DNA of 64,000 bases from an uncultured Pseudomonadota bacterium (GTDB lineage Bacteria > Chloroflexota > UBA5177 > JAJPKF01), in assembly GCA_963799725.1 (NCBI GenBank), contig CAWCYJ010000026.1, positions 5,120-69,119 of the forward strand, read 5' to 3'. A program made the translations under genes and the position numbers. The notes beneath the pieces were generated by a model. The model was not told the DNA's origin. It saw nothing but the letters and a program-made list of their open reading frames with translations, and searched no databases. Shown one piece after another: positions 53,078 to 62,858 of this stretch (its first letter is position 1; each line of letters opens with the position of its first letter).

Positions 53078-54262
53078 TCAGCTCCCAGGGTTTCCATGGC
53101 ATGAAGGTGGTTCTCTTAAGGTCACACAGGCCAGAGCTTCACCGGTTCTCGTTAGAGTTTGGCTCCTGGGCCCGTTTGGATAAGTCCACAGCGTCACGTG
53201 ACTCTCCAAAAGTACCGCCTTGGCCCCGTCTGCTTGGAGGTGACGCAGCCACCAGGTGTCGATCGGGTCGGATGAAGTGCCGTTGTAGGTGCAGGCGATG
53301 TTTCCCGAAGCGCAGCCTGCTTCGCCGGCAAACCAAGGTTTGGGAAGCTTGAGGCCGGTGCGCCAGCGGGCGGGGTCTGTCCACGGCGAGTTCTCGTACA
53401 AATGGATGTCGTACACGTCAACTGGATACATTGATATCCAATATCTTTGGTCGTTTTGATTCTGAGTGAGAAGCCTTCCAGTATCGGCCACCGTGTACGG
53501 AAAGCGCGTCGAAGCCGCTCGAGCCGTGCGGTAGAGGTCGATCAGCCACGGGTGCACAATCCGTTGGTCGATGCAGTCATTACGCACCAAGTCTCCGGAC
53601 GCGATACAGTTGCGAAATGATCCGAGATTGGACGGGTTTGAAAAGTACTGCTCGAGCTGGTAGTAGGGCTCGGTCTGCAGCTCCATCATCGCCACCGTCG
53701 AGGCATCTGTACTGTTCGAGGCGATGTGCCTCAAAAAGAGCTTGAGGGCCCGAAGATAGTTGGCACGCATGGCATTGTGTTGTCCATCGAGCGCCTCGGG
53801 ATGGAATTGATTGAGCCAGCCGGAGCCGGGAGCATAAACGAACAGGACCAGGTCCACCTTCACTCCGGCCGCTGCGAACTGTCGAAGTGCATCATCCACG
53901 TTTTGAAGTGCACCAGGGATGTAGCCTTGGAATCCCCTGGTCCTGTTCCAAAGCATGAGCTGGTCGAGGCTTACCCACACCCGAAGGAAAGACCCAAGGT
54001 GATTGCGTCGAACGAAGGATAGATCCGACGTCAGCTGGGATCGCGCTGATATCTCTCCTTTTCCGTCTTCGTAGCATGTCGGCTGCAGCCAGGTCCATTC
54101 ATGACATCCCGTGAAATAGTCACTTGGATCGTAGTAGTTCATGCCGGTGTACGAGACGTGGAGATTAACGGTGGGGCCGGCAGAGTCGGGCGCGCTTCCG
54201 CTGCAAGCAGCAACTGAACTGCATACCGCGAGGGCCAAGAGGAGCCAAAATCGCCTTACCAA
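53078..54262 (-). CDS. Lipoprotein, clan GH-A (GH5-like) glycoside-hydrolase-like
   Basis: Lipobox VAACSG. There is an acid/base-like MELQTEPY and a nucleophile-like FAGEAG on an alternating beta/alpha pattern. The TTG at 54262 avoids the 74-nt overlap with the flippase implied by the track start 54340. Confidence 0.55.
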   Translation of the reverse strand: MVRRFWLLLALAVCSSVAACSGSAPDSAGPTVNLHVSYTGMNYYDPSDYFTGCHEWTWLQPTCYEDGKGEISARSQLTSDLSFVRRNHLGSFLRVWVSLDQLMLWNRTRGFQGYIPGALQNVDDALRQFAAAGVKVDLVLFVYAPGSGWLNQFHPEALDGQHNAMRANYLRALKLFLRHIASNSTDASTVAMMELQTEPYYQLEQYFSNPSNLGSFRNCIASGDLVRNDCIDQRIVHPWLIDLYRTARAASTRFPYTVADTGRLLTQNQNDQRYWISMYPVDVYDIHLYENSPWTDPARWRTGLKLPKPWFAGEAGCASGNIACTYNGTSSDPIDTWWLRHLQADGAKAVLLESHVTLWTYPNGPRSQTLTRTGEALACVTLREPPSCHGNPGS

Positions 54263-54266
54263 ACGC

Positions 54267-55733
54267 TTATACCGATCTCTGCAGCATGCCGGCTTTCCGA
54301 TGACGGTATTGAGTTCGGGCGTAACCGACCACATCTCCAAGAATGTGTGCGTAGAGGCAGAAGAGTGCGATCACAAATACAACTGACGACAGTAGAGGCG
54401 CACTCTGACCGAAGATCATCAGGCAGCCAATGCCGGCGAGCATGATCGCAGGTCGAAGGAAGACGGCTGGACGAGTACCGACAAGTCGGTATGCAAAGTA
54501 CGCGGGAATTGCCGCCGTCGCGAACGCTCCCACGGCGAATCCAGCTCCTGCGACGTCGATGCCGTGACCCGGTAACAGGATTAACCAAATCGCGAGACTG
54601 ACACCAAGCCCGAGGAAGCTGGCAATTGTTGGGATTCGAACGTGATCTGTGCTCGACAACGCGTCGATGGAAGGGCGCGATATGTCCGTAATGAATTGCC
54701 CGAGCATGATAAGCTGCGCCGCCACAGCACCCCGAGCGAACTCAGGATTGAAGAGCAGCGAAAGAATCCCTGATGCATTGATGATTGCCAGCCCGAAGGG
54801 AAGGCCAAGGATGAAGGCGAGCCACTCCGTCGATTGTTGTAAGAGGTGCCGAACAGAGTGAGATTCACCCGCCCCGTGAAGGCGAGCCATGGCAGCAAAT
54901 GTGACAAGCGAAATGGCCCGAGGTAGGAGCGGTAGAGGTGCTGTTATGGCGAGAGCTGCAGCGAATACCCCAACTGAAGCGTGGGATAGAAAGATACCGG
55001 ATATGGTGGTGCCGAGACTCCATCGCCCTAAACTGGCAATCGTTCCAGTTCCGTTGATCGAGCAGTATTTTAGTACCTCCCATCCACCTGCTCCTCTTCC
55101 AAAGCCGAAAGGCACAAAGTACTCACGTAGGGCGCCGGCAGCTATAACGGCAAAAATAAGATTGTTCAGGACGAACGGAATGAGTAGCCAGGTCGAACCG
55201 TGGAAGAGGAATATAGCGCCGAGTACCGCGAAGAACGCTACATCTGATGCCACTTCGTTTAGCAGGTAGGGGCGCACCTTCTGAATACCGTAATAGACAC
55301 TCTTGAAATAGAGGTAGAGGGTGTAAGTCGGTATCAAAACGGCCGAAAGCGCAACATCACCGGCAGAAATATGGAGGAGTGACTCAAGAAGCGGACTTAG
55401 TAGAAAGACAGCGATGCCGAGACAGCATGAGCCGGCTGTGGTAACGACAAATAGCAGCTGGAAGACGCTCTTCGATCGCTCTTCGTCCTGCCTCCCTAAG
55501 GATTCCGCCATAAACTTTGTAGCCGCGGCACCTACTGTTCCTGGAATCTGACCAAGAAATAGTGCCATTCCAAGGGCGACGCTAATCTCGCCAAGAGAGG
55601 CCGCTCCCTCGACACGCCCAACCACGAGATTGAAACCGAAGGGTACGAGTCCAGACGATACCAGGGCCAGGATCGTAAGGAGAACGTTGACTAGGACGCT
55701 TCGGTTCAGCGATCGATGCTGATCTTCAGTCAT
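54267..55733 (-). CDS. Polysaccharide biosynthesis protein / Wzx-type flippase (MOP superfamily)
   Basis: At 488 aa it has about 12-14 TM helices, and its position in a sugar-nucleotide/transferase locus fits. Confidence 0.75.
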   Translation of the reverse strand: MTEDQHRSLNRSVLVNVLLTILALVSSGLVPFGFNLVVGRVEGAASLGEISVALGMALFLGQIPGTVGAAATKFMAESLGRQDEERSKSVFQLLFVVTTAGSCCLGIAVFLLSPLLESLLHISAGDVALSAVLIPTYTLYLYFKSVYYGIQKVRPYLLNEVASDVAFFAVLGAIFLFHGSTWLLIPFVLNNLIFAVIAAGALREYFVPFGFGRGAGGWEVLKYCSINGTGTIASLGRWSLGTTISGIFLSHASVGVFAAALAITAPLPLLPRAISLVTFAAMARLHGAGESHSVRHLLQQSTEWLAFILGLPFGLAIINASGILSLLFNPEFARGAVAAQLIMLGQFITDISRPSIDALSSTDHVRIPTIASFLGLGVSLAIWLILLPGHGIDVAGAGFAVGAFATAAIPAYFAYRLVGTRPAVFLRPAIMLAGIGCLMIFGQSAPLLSSVVFVIALFCLYAHILGDVVGYARTQYRHRKAGMLQRSV

Positions 55734-55931
55734 GCGGATCCGCTCTGGGATTGTTTGAAAATGAAAGAGTGATCTATTCTCTCCGGAGTCTCAACATTGC
55801 ATGGTCGCCTTCCATTTAATCTGCCTGACGAGACCCAGAGTCAGCGGCAGCACGCTTTGCTACTCGACCCAATCGACACAGAGTGGCATCAGTATATCGT
55901 TCTGACGGGGTTTCTGTGCTAAGCGCTTTGG

Positions 55932-57788
55932 GTGATTGGATTCTTGTTGAAGGGCGTTAGCCAAGAAGGGGTGACAACTTCCATCGGCGCTTTCGATCCG
56001 GCGGTTAGACCAAGCCCTGACCGCCTCAGAACAGACGAGTTTGCGCAAGATATTCTGGCTGGTGCGACGCGGGCCCTAGCCTTGGAGGGTAAAGAGGCTT
56101 CCTCCGCCCTAGATTTAGTGAGCTTGCTACGCCAGAATCAGGTTCCTTTGCTCTCGCTTCAACCCGTCCTCTCCGATGCAGAAGAGGGGCCCTTTGGGGA
56201 ACCCACGAGGCTAAGTAGCGAGACATTTCTTCAGGCCGTAAGAGAAGATCATTCAGTTTTCGACGAGGTGCATGGTCACTTCGTGGAGCTGGCTGAGGAA
56301 TGGGACCGCAGTGGAGTGGAATGCATCTGCTTCAAATCCGCGGGAGTCGCCCCGTCCTTTCCTTATACAAGCGAGAATTTCGATATTCTCGTGAGGCCCG
56401 GCACGGAGCAAATAGCTAGGCGTGTTTTGCTCGGACTGGGATACGTCGAGCTGCGCAACATTGAAGAGCCTCAGAAATGGCTGTTCCGGCTATTTGAAGC
56501 AGGAAGAAGTCGCTCTGCAATTCATGTGCACACGCGGGTGGGCTGGGGCCAAGGTTTCATGATCGAACCCGAGATCTGGAATCGGCGTAGACAGTCGACA
56601 GACGATCGTTGGACCTGGGTTCCCGGTCCGGATGACGTCGTGCTCATTAACACCGCCCACGCAGTCTTTGAAAACAAGGCCATCAGCTTGCATGACCTAC
56701 TAAAGGTTCGAGCAGCATGTCGAGACGGCGTGGACTGGGAGTATATCGATTACGTTGCCAATCGACGTGGCTGGCTAAAGGGCCTTGCCCTCGGGCTCTT
56801 CATCATGAGGCACCTCGAAGGTCAGCTCCTCGAGAACCGGTTGATCGATGGTGGTCCGTCGCTTTCCGTCGCTGGGGAAAACGTGCCAACCACGTCGATC
56901 GGTGTTGCGACCTCTGAAGTGCCCGTGGTCCCGCGTCCCATCTCCTTCGTCACAAGCAAGAAGCTGTTCTTTGAAAAGGTGTGGGCCGACAAGCAGACGA
57001 GTACCTCGTCGAAGCCGGTGCTAACGGCGCTCGCGGTGATTCGCGGGTTCAAAGGACAGATGGGTGCGCACCCCCAAAACTCGTGGTTGGTTTCGTTGAG
57101 CGGGCTCGATGGAAGTGGTAAGAGCCGGCAGGCAGAGGCTCTTGCCAGCTGCTTCAAAATCGCGGAGCTTCGACCAAGAATCACGTGGGCCCGGTTGGGC
57201 GCGACGCCCCTTATGACGAAGCTAAGCGATACGTACCGGCAGCGAAGAACGGGCCAGAACGCTGAGGCCCAGCACGACCCCTTCAACACACAACCGCTTC
57301 AGCCAAGAAGGGGCTGGGCACTGAAGATTTGGGCGACGATGAGCGCTGCCGATTTCGCGATTTGGCTGCTTCACGTGAGATGGCGACTGATTCGGGGTGA
57401 TATCGTCATCTGCGACCGCTATCTGGCCGATCTAGATGTGGAATTAAGTCAGAAGCTTCAGGAACATCCTGGTTGGAATCGAAGGTTGCTCAGCCTTTTG
57501 AAAGTGGCGGCCAGGAAGCCGAACCAAGCCTTCCTACTTGAAATCGATCCGGGTCTGGCCAGCCAACGGGCAGATTTCGATCCAGGCCAGGGAGACTTGA
57601 AACAAGAGGCCGACGCATTTGGGATTGCGGCAAAGGAGTACAATCTTGTTGCCTTCGATGTTTCTCAATCGTTTGAAGAGACATCCCGCTCGCTTGCACG
57701 TGACGTGTTATCAGCCTATCTCAATCGGTACGGAACGAGAGGTAATCTCCTCTACTTCTCCAATCCCTGGCAGTTGAATCGCCCGTAA
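55932..57788 (+). CDS. Fusion protein: uncharacterised nucleotidyltransferase (NTP_transf_5-like) + thymidylate-kinase-like P-loop domain
   Basis: The N-terminal half has FKSAGVAPSFPYTSENFDILVRPGTEQIARRVLLGLGYVE ... IHVHTRVGW, the PF14907-type pattern. The C-terminal half has SLSGLDGSGKSRQAEALA ... VICDRYLADLDVEL, a dTMP-kinase-like Walker A and DRY box. Confidence 0.6.
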   Translation: MIGFLLKGVSQEGVTTSIGAFDPAVRPSPDRLRTDEFAQDILAGATRALALEGKEASSALDLVSLLRQNQVPLLSLQPVLSDAEEGPFGEPTRLSSETFLQAVREDHSVFDEVHGHFVELAEEWDRSGVECICFKSAGVAPSFPYTSENFDILVRPGTEQIARRVLLGLGYVELRNIEEPQKWLFRLFEAGRSRSAIHVHTRVGWGQGFMIEPEIWNRRRQSTDDRWTWVPGPDDVVLINTAHAVFENKAISLHDLLKVRAACRDGVDWEYIDYVANRRGWLKGLALGLFIMRHLEGQLLENRLIDGGPSLSVAGENVPTTSIGVATSEVPVVPRPISFVTSKKLFFEKVWADKQTSTSSKPVLTALAVIRGFKGQMGAHPQNSWLVSLSGLDGSGKSRQAEALASCFKIAELRPRITWARLGATPLMTKLSDTYRQRRTGQNAEAQHDPFNTQPLQPRRGWALKIWATMSAADFAIWLLHVRWRLIRGDIVICDRYLADLDVELSQKLQEHPGWNRRLLSLLKVAARKPNQAFLLEIDPGLASQRADFDPGQGDLKQEADAFGIAAKEYNLVAFDVSQSFEETSRSLARDVLSAYLNRYGTRGNLLYFSNPWQLNRP

Positions 57789-58128
57789 GATGACCACCTC
57801 CCTCCACCCGTAGCTACAGAGACGCATCCGGCTCTGAGTGCGTGTCCTCATGCGCCGCATGCAGAGCACGATTCAAACATTTCCCTTCTCCCTTTAATGG
57901 CCTCTCCGCATCCACCTATCTCCCGCTCTAGGGCAGTTCGCTCGTTGTTCAAACGTGCCCTCCTAGACGGGCTATTTACCTCCACCATGAGCGGAGCTAT
58001 AGGGGTTAAGAAAACTGAACGGAAGCAGTGCCTTTCTCAACTCATAATCAACCGGTCTCTGTACAAAGAACTGTCCACACGTTGTTAGAGTAGTTTCATC
58101 AAGAAGTGAAATCTGTCTGGAGTTTTCG

Positions 58129-60105
58129 TTGACTGGAGCCAGTTCCCCGGCGCCGCCCCTTGGCACACTACCTCCCTCTGTGGTTACGCTTATTCCCTAT
58201 GGAGAGGCGCGCAGGCTTAAAGTCGCTGCGATCGCGGCTTCTGACACCGAGGTCACCGTGCTGGCTGAGGACCCACAGGATCGCGAAACAATCGCCACTC
58301 TCGAGGAGATCACCGGGATGTCGATCGCGCCGATTGAGACATCAGTCCGGACCATTGACCTCCTCCTCGATCGATTGTCAGGGTGTGTGGACGACGGTGA
58401 GCTGTGGCTACAGAGCCGGCATATACATGCTCTCAGCCGTCTTGTAGACCACAGCGTCAATCTAAGGCATCTTGAGGAGGTTCGATCCCTCGTGGATCGA
58501 GCGCTTGAGTTTGCTCCGTACTCAGCTGAAATTTGGCTGATGAAAGCCAGGATATCCACCCATCGAAGGGATGTCGTGCACGCTCTTCGAATTGCTTCCC
58601 AAATCGCGCCAAACGATCGCCGAATTCTTCGTTGGGCTCAAAGTATGAATGAGCTGGCGGAGGCCTCAGGCACTCCAACAGAAGTGACTTCCGCACCAAC
58701 GATCGGCACTGTCCCACAGGTCCTTGACAAAGATCTTGAACCTACCAAATCCGAGGGTCTGGAACAGGGTTCGGACGAGAACGAGCCCACGATCGCGGCA
58801 GTCACTATCGCACCCTCTGAAGCTCGCGAACCAAGCCTAGACATCGGAGTGGCCCACGTGGACGAACCGTCCGAAGTCTCGGATGCGTCAACAACCACTG
58901 TCGAGCCGGAGTCTGTCCAAGATCTAGAGCCCGACGAAGATCGAGCTGAGCCGACCACCTCCAGTCAGCCGGCTTCACAAGCCCCGGTGGCCGTTGCTGA
59001 CAGGCCTGTCGTCACCGAGGAGACTTCATCGGCCCAAGATGCAAGCGCACAACCTGAGGCGGAGTCAGCGCCAAGGTTGCGAGCGGCGCCTGGTGATCTC
59101 CCAGTTGCGGAAGGACTGGCGGCGGCTATCGAGATTAGTCGCATTAGAGACATGCGTACCCTTCTTGAGCGAGTCTCAAAGGAAATGAGAGAGGTCACTG
59201 CAGCAAGCAGTGTGACTACCTTCTTCCGAAGGCAGAACTCTTGGTCGGGGTTCAGCACCAATCCAGAGCTTCAAGATCAACTTCTTAGGGTTCTTCCAAA
59301 GAGCAATCGGCTTGCCGCCCAGGTTGTGAAGCTGGGCGTTCCTGCGGTTATTACCAACACCGATCTGCGGCTTGAGGATGTAGGTACGACCATTCGGGAG
59401 GCCGGAGTCAGGTCCTTTGCTCTCCTTCCCATTCAAAGGGATGGAGAGATTGGTGGTCTGATTTATATCAACTACGCCGAGACCGATCGAGCCAATGACA
59501 TCTTTGGCTCGGACCTTGGGAGGACGATTGAGCTGATTCTGTCCTGTGCCGGTCTGGCAGCTGCTGCGATTGACCAGAGGGCAGTAGTCGAAGAGTCATC
59601 CACCTTTGATCCCCTTACCGGTGCCTACAACCTCAGGCAGCTCGAGCACCTGCTATCGATCGAGCTGGATCGGGCGAAGCGCTATCGCTACTCGGTGGCA
59701 TTGCTTTCCTTTGACGTGGATGACTTCGCTGAAGTGAACCGAAAATTCAGCGAAGAACTTGGGAGTCAAGTACTCCGCCACATGGCGCAACGGGTCTTGG
59801 AGCTGGGAAGAACCAGCGATGCCCTGGCTCGACACGGAGCCGACGACTTCATGCTTATGCTGCCACAGACGACAGGCAAGGGGGCTGAAACGATGGCCCG
59901 GAGAATGCATGAGGCATTCGAGAAGCCGATCGTTGTGGACGGTTTCCACGTGTACATCAGTCTGAGTATCGGCATGGCGTCGTTTCCGGAAAGGGCTGAT
60001 GACGCAACGCAGCTGCTCCATGCGGCAGAAATAGCGCTCTACAGCGCTAAGGCGCAGGGAAAGAATCGGACAACCGTGGCCGATACGTTGAGTTTGGGTA
60101 GCTGA
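58129..60105 (+). CDS. Multidomain signalling protein: T2SSE_N-like + TPR-like + acidic linker + GAF + degenerate GGDEF domain
   Basis: The N-terminus VVTLIPYGEARRLKVAAIAASDTEVTVLAEDPQDRETIATLEEITGMSI is GspE-N-like. There is a GAF-like region. In the GGDEF fold (DPLTGAYNLRQL...SFDVDDF...) the active site reads GADDF (59835-59849), and the RxxD I-site RTSD (59809-59820) is intact. Confidence 0.75.
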   Translation: MTGASSPAPPLGTLPPSVVTLIPYGEARRLKVAAIAASDTEVTVLAEDPQDRETIATLEEITGMSIAPIETSVRTIDLLLDRLSGCVDDGELWLQSRHIHALSRLVDHSVNLRHLEEVRSLVDRALEFAPYSAEIWLMKARISTHRRDVVHALRIASQIAPNDRRILRWAQSMNELAEASGTPTEVTSAPTIGTVPQVLDKDLEPTKSEGLEQGSDENEPTIAAVTIAPSEAREPSLDIGVAHVDEPSEVSDASTTTVEPESVQDLEPDEDRAEPTTSSQPASQAPVAVADRPVVTEETSSAQDASAQPEAESAPRLRAAPGDLPVAEGLAAAIEISRIRDMRTLLERVSKEMREVTAASSVTTFFRRQNSWSGFSTNPELQDQLLRVLPKSNRLAAQVVKLGVPAVITNTDLRLEDVGTTIREAGVRSFALLPIQRDGEIGGLIYINYAETDRANDIFGSDLGRTIELILSCAGLAAAAIDQRAVVEESSTFDPLTGAYNLRQLEHLLSIELDRAKRYRYSVALLSFDVDDFAEVNRKFSEELGSQVLRHMAQRVLELGRTSDALARHGADDFMLMLPQTTGKGAETMARRMHEAFEKPIVVDGFHVYISLSIGMASFPERADDATQLLHAAEIALYSAKAQGKNRTTVADTLSLGS

Positions 60106-60109
60106 TCAG

Positions 60110-60526
60110 ATGATGAATATGGTGCGGCTGCCCGGTGCCACCACGCTTACAAATGCGGACGAAGAATCACTTTCGGGAGGAGACGCCCCGTTGCCAATTG
60201 ACAAGGTGGTGATACACGGAACGGAGTTCACCCGAGTCGATGATCGATATCTCCTTCAGAGGGAAGTCGAGCAGGCTCTCGCCCAGTCTCAAGTGGGATC
60301 GACACCCCATGTGCAGAGGCTGACGACTCTCCTTGAAGACATCGTGAGCGCCGCGGACTCGGTTGCGCTCGAAGTGATGGAAGCACAGGCACGCGACGCT
60401 ACGCGGTCCGCTAATCTCTCTATTCCAACCGACACAGCCGCTCGACTTCTTCTGGCCGAGGTACGAGACGGTCTAAGAGAGCAGATCTTGACGATCGATA
60501 CCTTCATGCAGCGGATTGAGGGTTAG
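60110..60526 (+). CDS. Hypothetical protein (138 aa)
   Basis: It is tightly packed between the GGDEF gene and the sugar transferase; its stop overlaps the next start (TAGTG). Confidence 0.5.
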   Translation: MMNMVRLPGATTLTNADEESLSGGDAPLPIDKVVIHGTEFTRVDDRYLLQREVEQALAQSQVGSTPHVQRLTTLLEDIVSAADSVALEVMEAQARDATRSANLSIPTDTAARLLLAEVRDGLREQILTIDTFMQRIEG

Positions 60527-61239
60527 TGGTGGCACGACTTAGCGAGGCACTTTCCGGATTCGAGACGTCCATCGTCTCACGGGATTCGAGTAATAGCGAC
60601 TTTAGGGGTACGCAGACGGCTCCTTCCTACGAGCGCTGGCTGGACCTTTTCGGGGCGGGAGCGATCATGCTCCTGGCGGCACCAGTCTTTGGCCTCCTGG
60701 CGCTGCTGATCAAAGCCACCTCCAGAGGACCTGTCTTCTTCCGTCAGGAGCGGATGGGAATAAATGGTCGTCCATTTGTATGCTTGAAGTTCCGGACGAT
60801 GTACCACAACGTAGACTCGACCCCGCATGAAGAGTACTTCCGGGACTACATGAAGGGCAAGAGTGCGCCAGGCGAATCGGAACGAACATACAAACTCAGA
60901 CGAGATACCCGCATCACCCCGGTGGGGGGCATCATACGCCGGCTGGGTTTGGACGAACTACCTCAATTGATCAACGTACTGATCGGCGATATGAGTCTCG
61001 TGGGCCCACGGCCGCCGCTCGAATACGAGGTTGCCCACTACAGCGAGCATCACTTGCGCCGACTTTCAGTGAAACCCGGAATTACTGGATTGTGGCAAGT
61101 ATGCGGACGAGACATCGTGGACTTCGAGACGATGGTTGAGATGGATATCGAATACGTCGAGCGGCGCTCATTGTGGCTCGATCTTTCGATCCTTTTTGTA
61201 ACAGTACCCTCCCTAATTTGGGCCTATATCAGACATTGA
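60526..61239 (+). CDS. Undecaprenyl-phosphate sugar phosphotransferase (bacterial sugar transferase family, priming enzyme)
   Basis: RGPVFFRQERMGINGRPFVCLKFRTM, DELPQLINVLIGDMSLVGPRP and KPGITGLWQV are present. Confidence 0.88.
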   Translation: MVARLSEALSGFETSIVSRDSSNSDFRGTQTAPSYERWLDLFGAGAIMLLAAPVFGLLALLIKATSRGPVFFRQERMGINGRPFVCLKFRTMYHNVDSTPHEEYFRDYMKGKSAPGESERTYKLRRDTRITPVGGIIRRLGLDELPQLINVLIGDMSLVGPRPPLEYEVAHYSEHHLRRLSVKPGITGLWQVCGRDIVDFETMVEMDIEYVERRSLWLDLSILFVTVPSLIWAYIRH

Positions 61240-61267
61240 CAGGCCAGCCGACGGAAAGGCAAAACTC

Positions 61268-62362
61268 ATGAATGAAGTTAGATTTGGCGTAGTAGGTGCG
61301 GGCTATTGGGGCCCCCACCTGATTCGGAACATTAGCGAAATCCCAGATTCGAGGCTCAGCGCGATCGTCGACCTCTCTCAGGAGCGGTTGAGTGCACTGC
61401 GCCCGAGATATCCCTCGGTGTTGCTGACCGATGACTACCGTGACGTTTTGAATGACGACATCGATGCGGTGGTCATCGCGACGCCGGTGAATACACATCA
61501 CCGACTTGCGAAGCAGGCTCTTACAGCCGGAAAGCATGTACTCATCGAGAAACCGATCACGCGCAACTCTGAGGAGGCAAGGGATCTCATTCAGCTCGCC
61601 GATCAGAAAGGCCTGAGTCTGATGGTTGGCCACACTTTTGAGTACAACCCGGCGGTGATCGCGCTCAAAGAGGTCGTGATGCGGGGAGACGTTGGACGCG
61701 TTCTGTATGTCGACGCAGCCCGGTTGAACCTGGGGCAGTACAGGAGTGATGTCAACGTGCTCTGGGATCTGGCGCCTCACGACGTATCAATCCTGAACTA
61801 CATCCTCGATTCGACCCCGACACATGTGAGTGCCAGAGGGAATGCATGCATACGACCGGGAAAGCATGATGTCGCTTACCTCGAGCTAAAGTACCCCAAG
61901 GCGGTATTAGGACACATTCACGTGAGCTGGCTGGAGCCATGCAAAGTACGCCGGATCACCATTGTCGGCGACGAGAAGATGGTTGTTTACAACGACGTCT
62001 CTGAAGAAAAACTGCGCATTTACGACAAGGGCGTGGTCAAGACGACATCATCAGGCGACTTCGCCGATTTCCAGCTCAGCTACCACAACGGCGGAGTGAT
62101 GATACCGCCCGTACCAAGCGGGGAGCCGCTGAAATTAGAGATCATGCACTTCATCGAGTGCATTCGAAACGGACAGAAGCCGAAGAGTGATGGGCTATCG
62201 GGCCTCAACGTGATTAAAGTTTTGGAGGCCGCTGACAAATCGCTCCATAACGGAGGGATGCGCGACCCAATCTCAAGTCTTGAATCCTTTGATTTTCTGC
62301 GACCAGTTGAGGTCGCGGGAGCTGGGGAGTTAGCCGGATCGGCCGTTGCAGAGGACCTATAG
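61268..62362 (+). CDS. Gfo/Idh/MocA-family NAD-dependent sugar(-nucleotide) oxidoreductase
   Basis: An N-terminal Rossmann segment (VRFGVVGAGYWGPHL), then EKP and the central GxxG..V motif. It resembles WbpB-type UDP-sugar dehydrogenases. Confidence 0.8.
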   Translation: MNEVRFGVVGAGYWGPHLIRNISEIPDSRLSAIVDLSQERLSALRPRYPSVLLTDDYRDVLNDDIDAVVIATPVNTHHRLAKQALTAGKHVLIEKPITRNSEEARDLIQLADQKGLSLMVGHTFEYNPAVIALKEVVMRGDVGRVLYVDAARLNLGQYRSDVNVLWDLAPHDVSILNYILDSTPTHVSARGNACIRPGKHDVAYLELKYPKAVLGHIHVSWLEPCKVRRITIVGDEKMVVYNDVSEEKLRIYDKGVVKTTSSGDFADFQLSYHNGGVMIPPVPSGEPLKLEIMHFIECIRNGQKPKSDGLSGLNVIKVLEAADKSLHNGGMRDPISSLESFDFLRPVEVAGAGELAGSAVAEDL

Positions 62363-62414
62363 CAGGCCTCGCTTGTTTATCTAGCAGACACAAAAACAAG
62401 GAGAAGATTGAGAG

Positions 62415-62858
62415 ATGCACGCAGACGAAAGAACCGAGCAGATCGTTGATGCAGGGAGTCCACTTCCCGAAGGTTCGGATCAGCAGCCGAGTCGAGGAGA
62501 TTTCCTGAAGTGGGGGACGGTGGCCTTGGGAGGACTCTATGTCGGCCCGAAGATCACGTCCTTCGCTGTAAACGGCACCGTTGGCCAGGCTGGTTCCCCA
62601 GCCCCGGGAAGTCACAGCAGTAGCTCGAGCAGCAGCTACAGCTACAGCAGCAGCACGAGTGAATCGATCTCCCTACCCACCACGGGTGGAGCAGCAGGTC
62701 AGCATACTGCGGCAACGGTTGGAAACGGCGTAAGCTCTGAAGCCTGGATCCCAGTGGCAGCCGCCGGAACGGCAGCGGCCGGATGGTATCTACGCAAGCA
62801 GGGAAAGAAGAATCGCTTGGCCGGAGAAACGGTGAATGGCGTTGAAGAAACGCGATGA
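62415..62858 (+). CDS. Very small Ser-rich LPXTG-anchored surface protein with a Tat-like (SRGDFLK) signal
   Basis: SRGDFLKWGTVALGGLYVGPKITSFA is signal-like. A Ser tract (SHSSSSSSSYSYSSSTSES) follows. Then come LPTTG, a hydrophobic segment (WIPVAAAGTAAAGWYL) and a basic tail (RKQGKKNR). Confidence 0.6.
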   Translation: MHADERTEQIVDAGSPLPEGSDQQPSRGDFLKWGTVALGGLYVGPKITSFAVNGTVGQAGSPAPGSHSSSSSSSYSYSSSTSESISLPTTGGAAGQHTAATVGNGVSSEAWIPVAAAGTAAAGWYLRKQGKKNRLAGETVNGVEETR

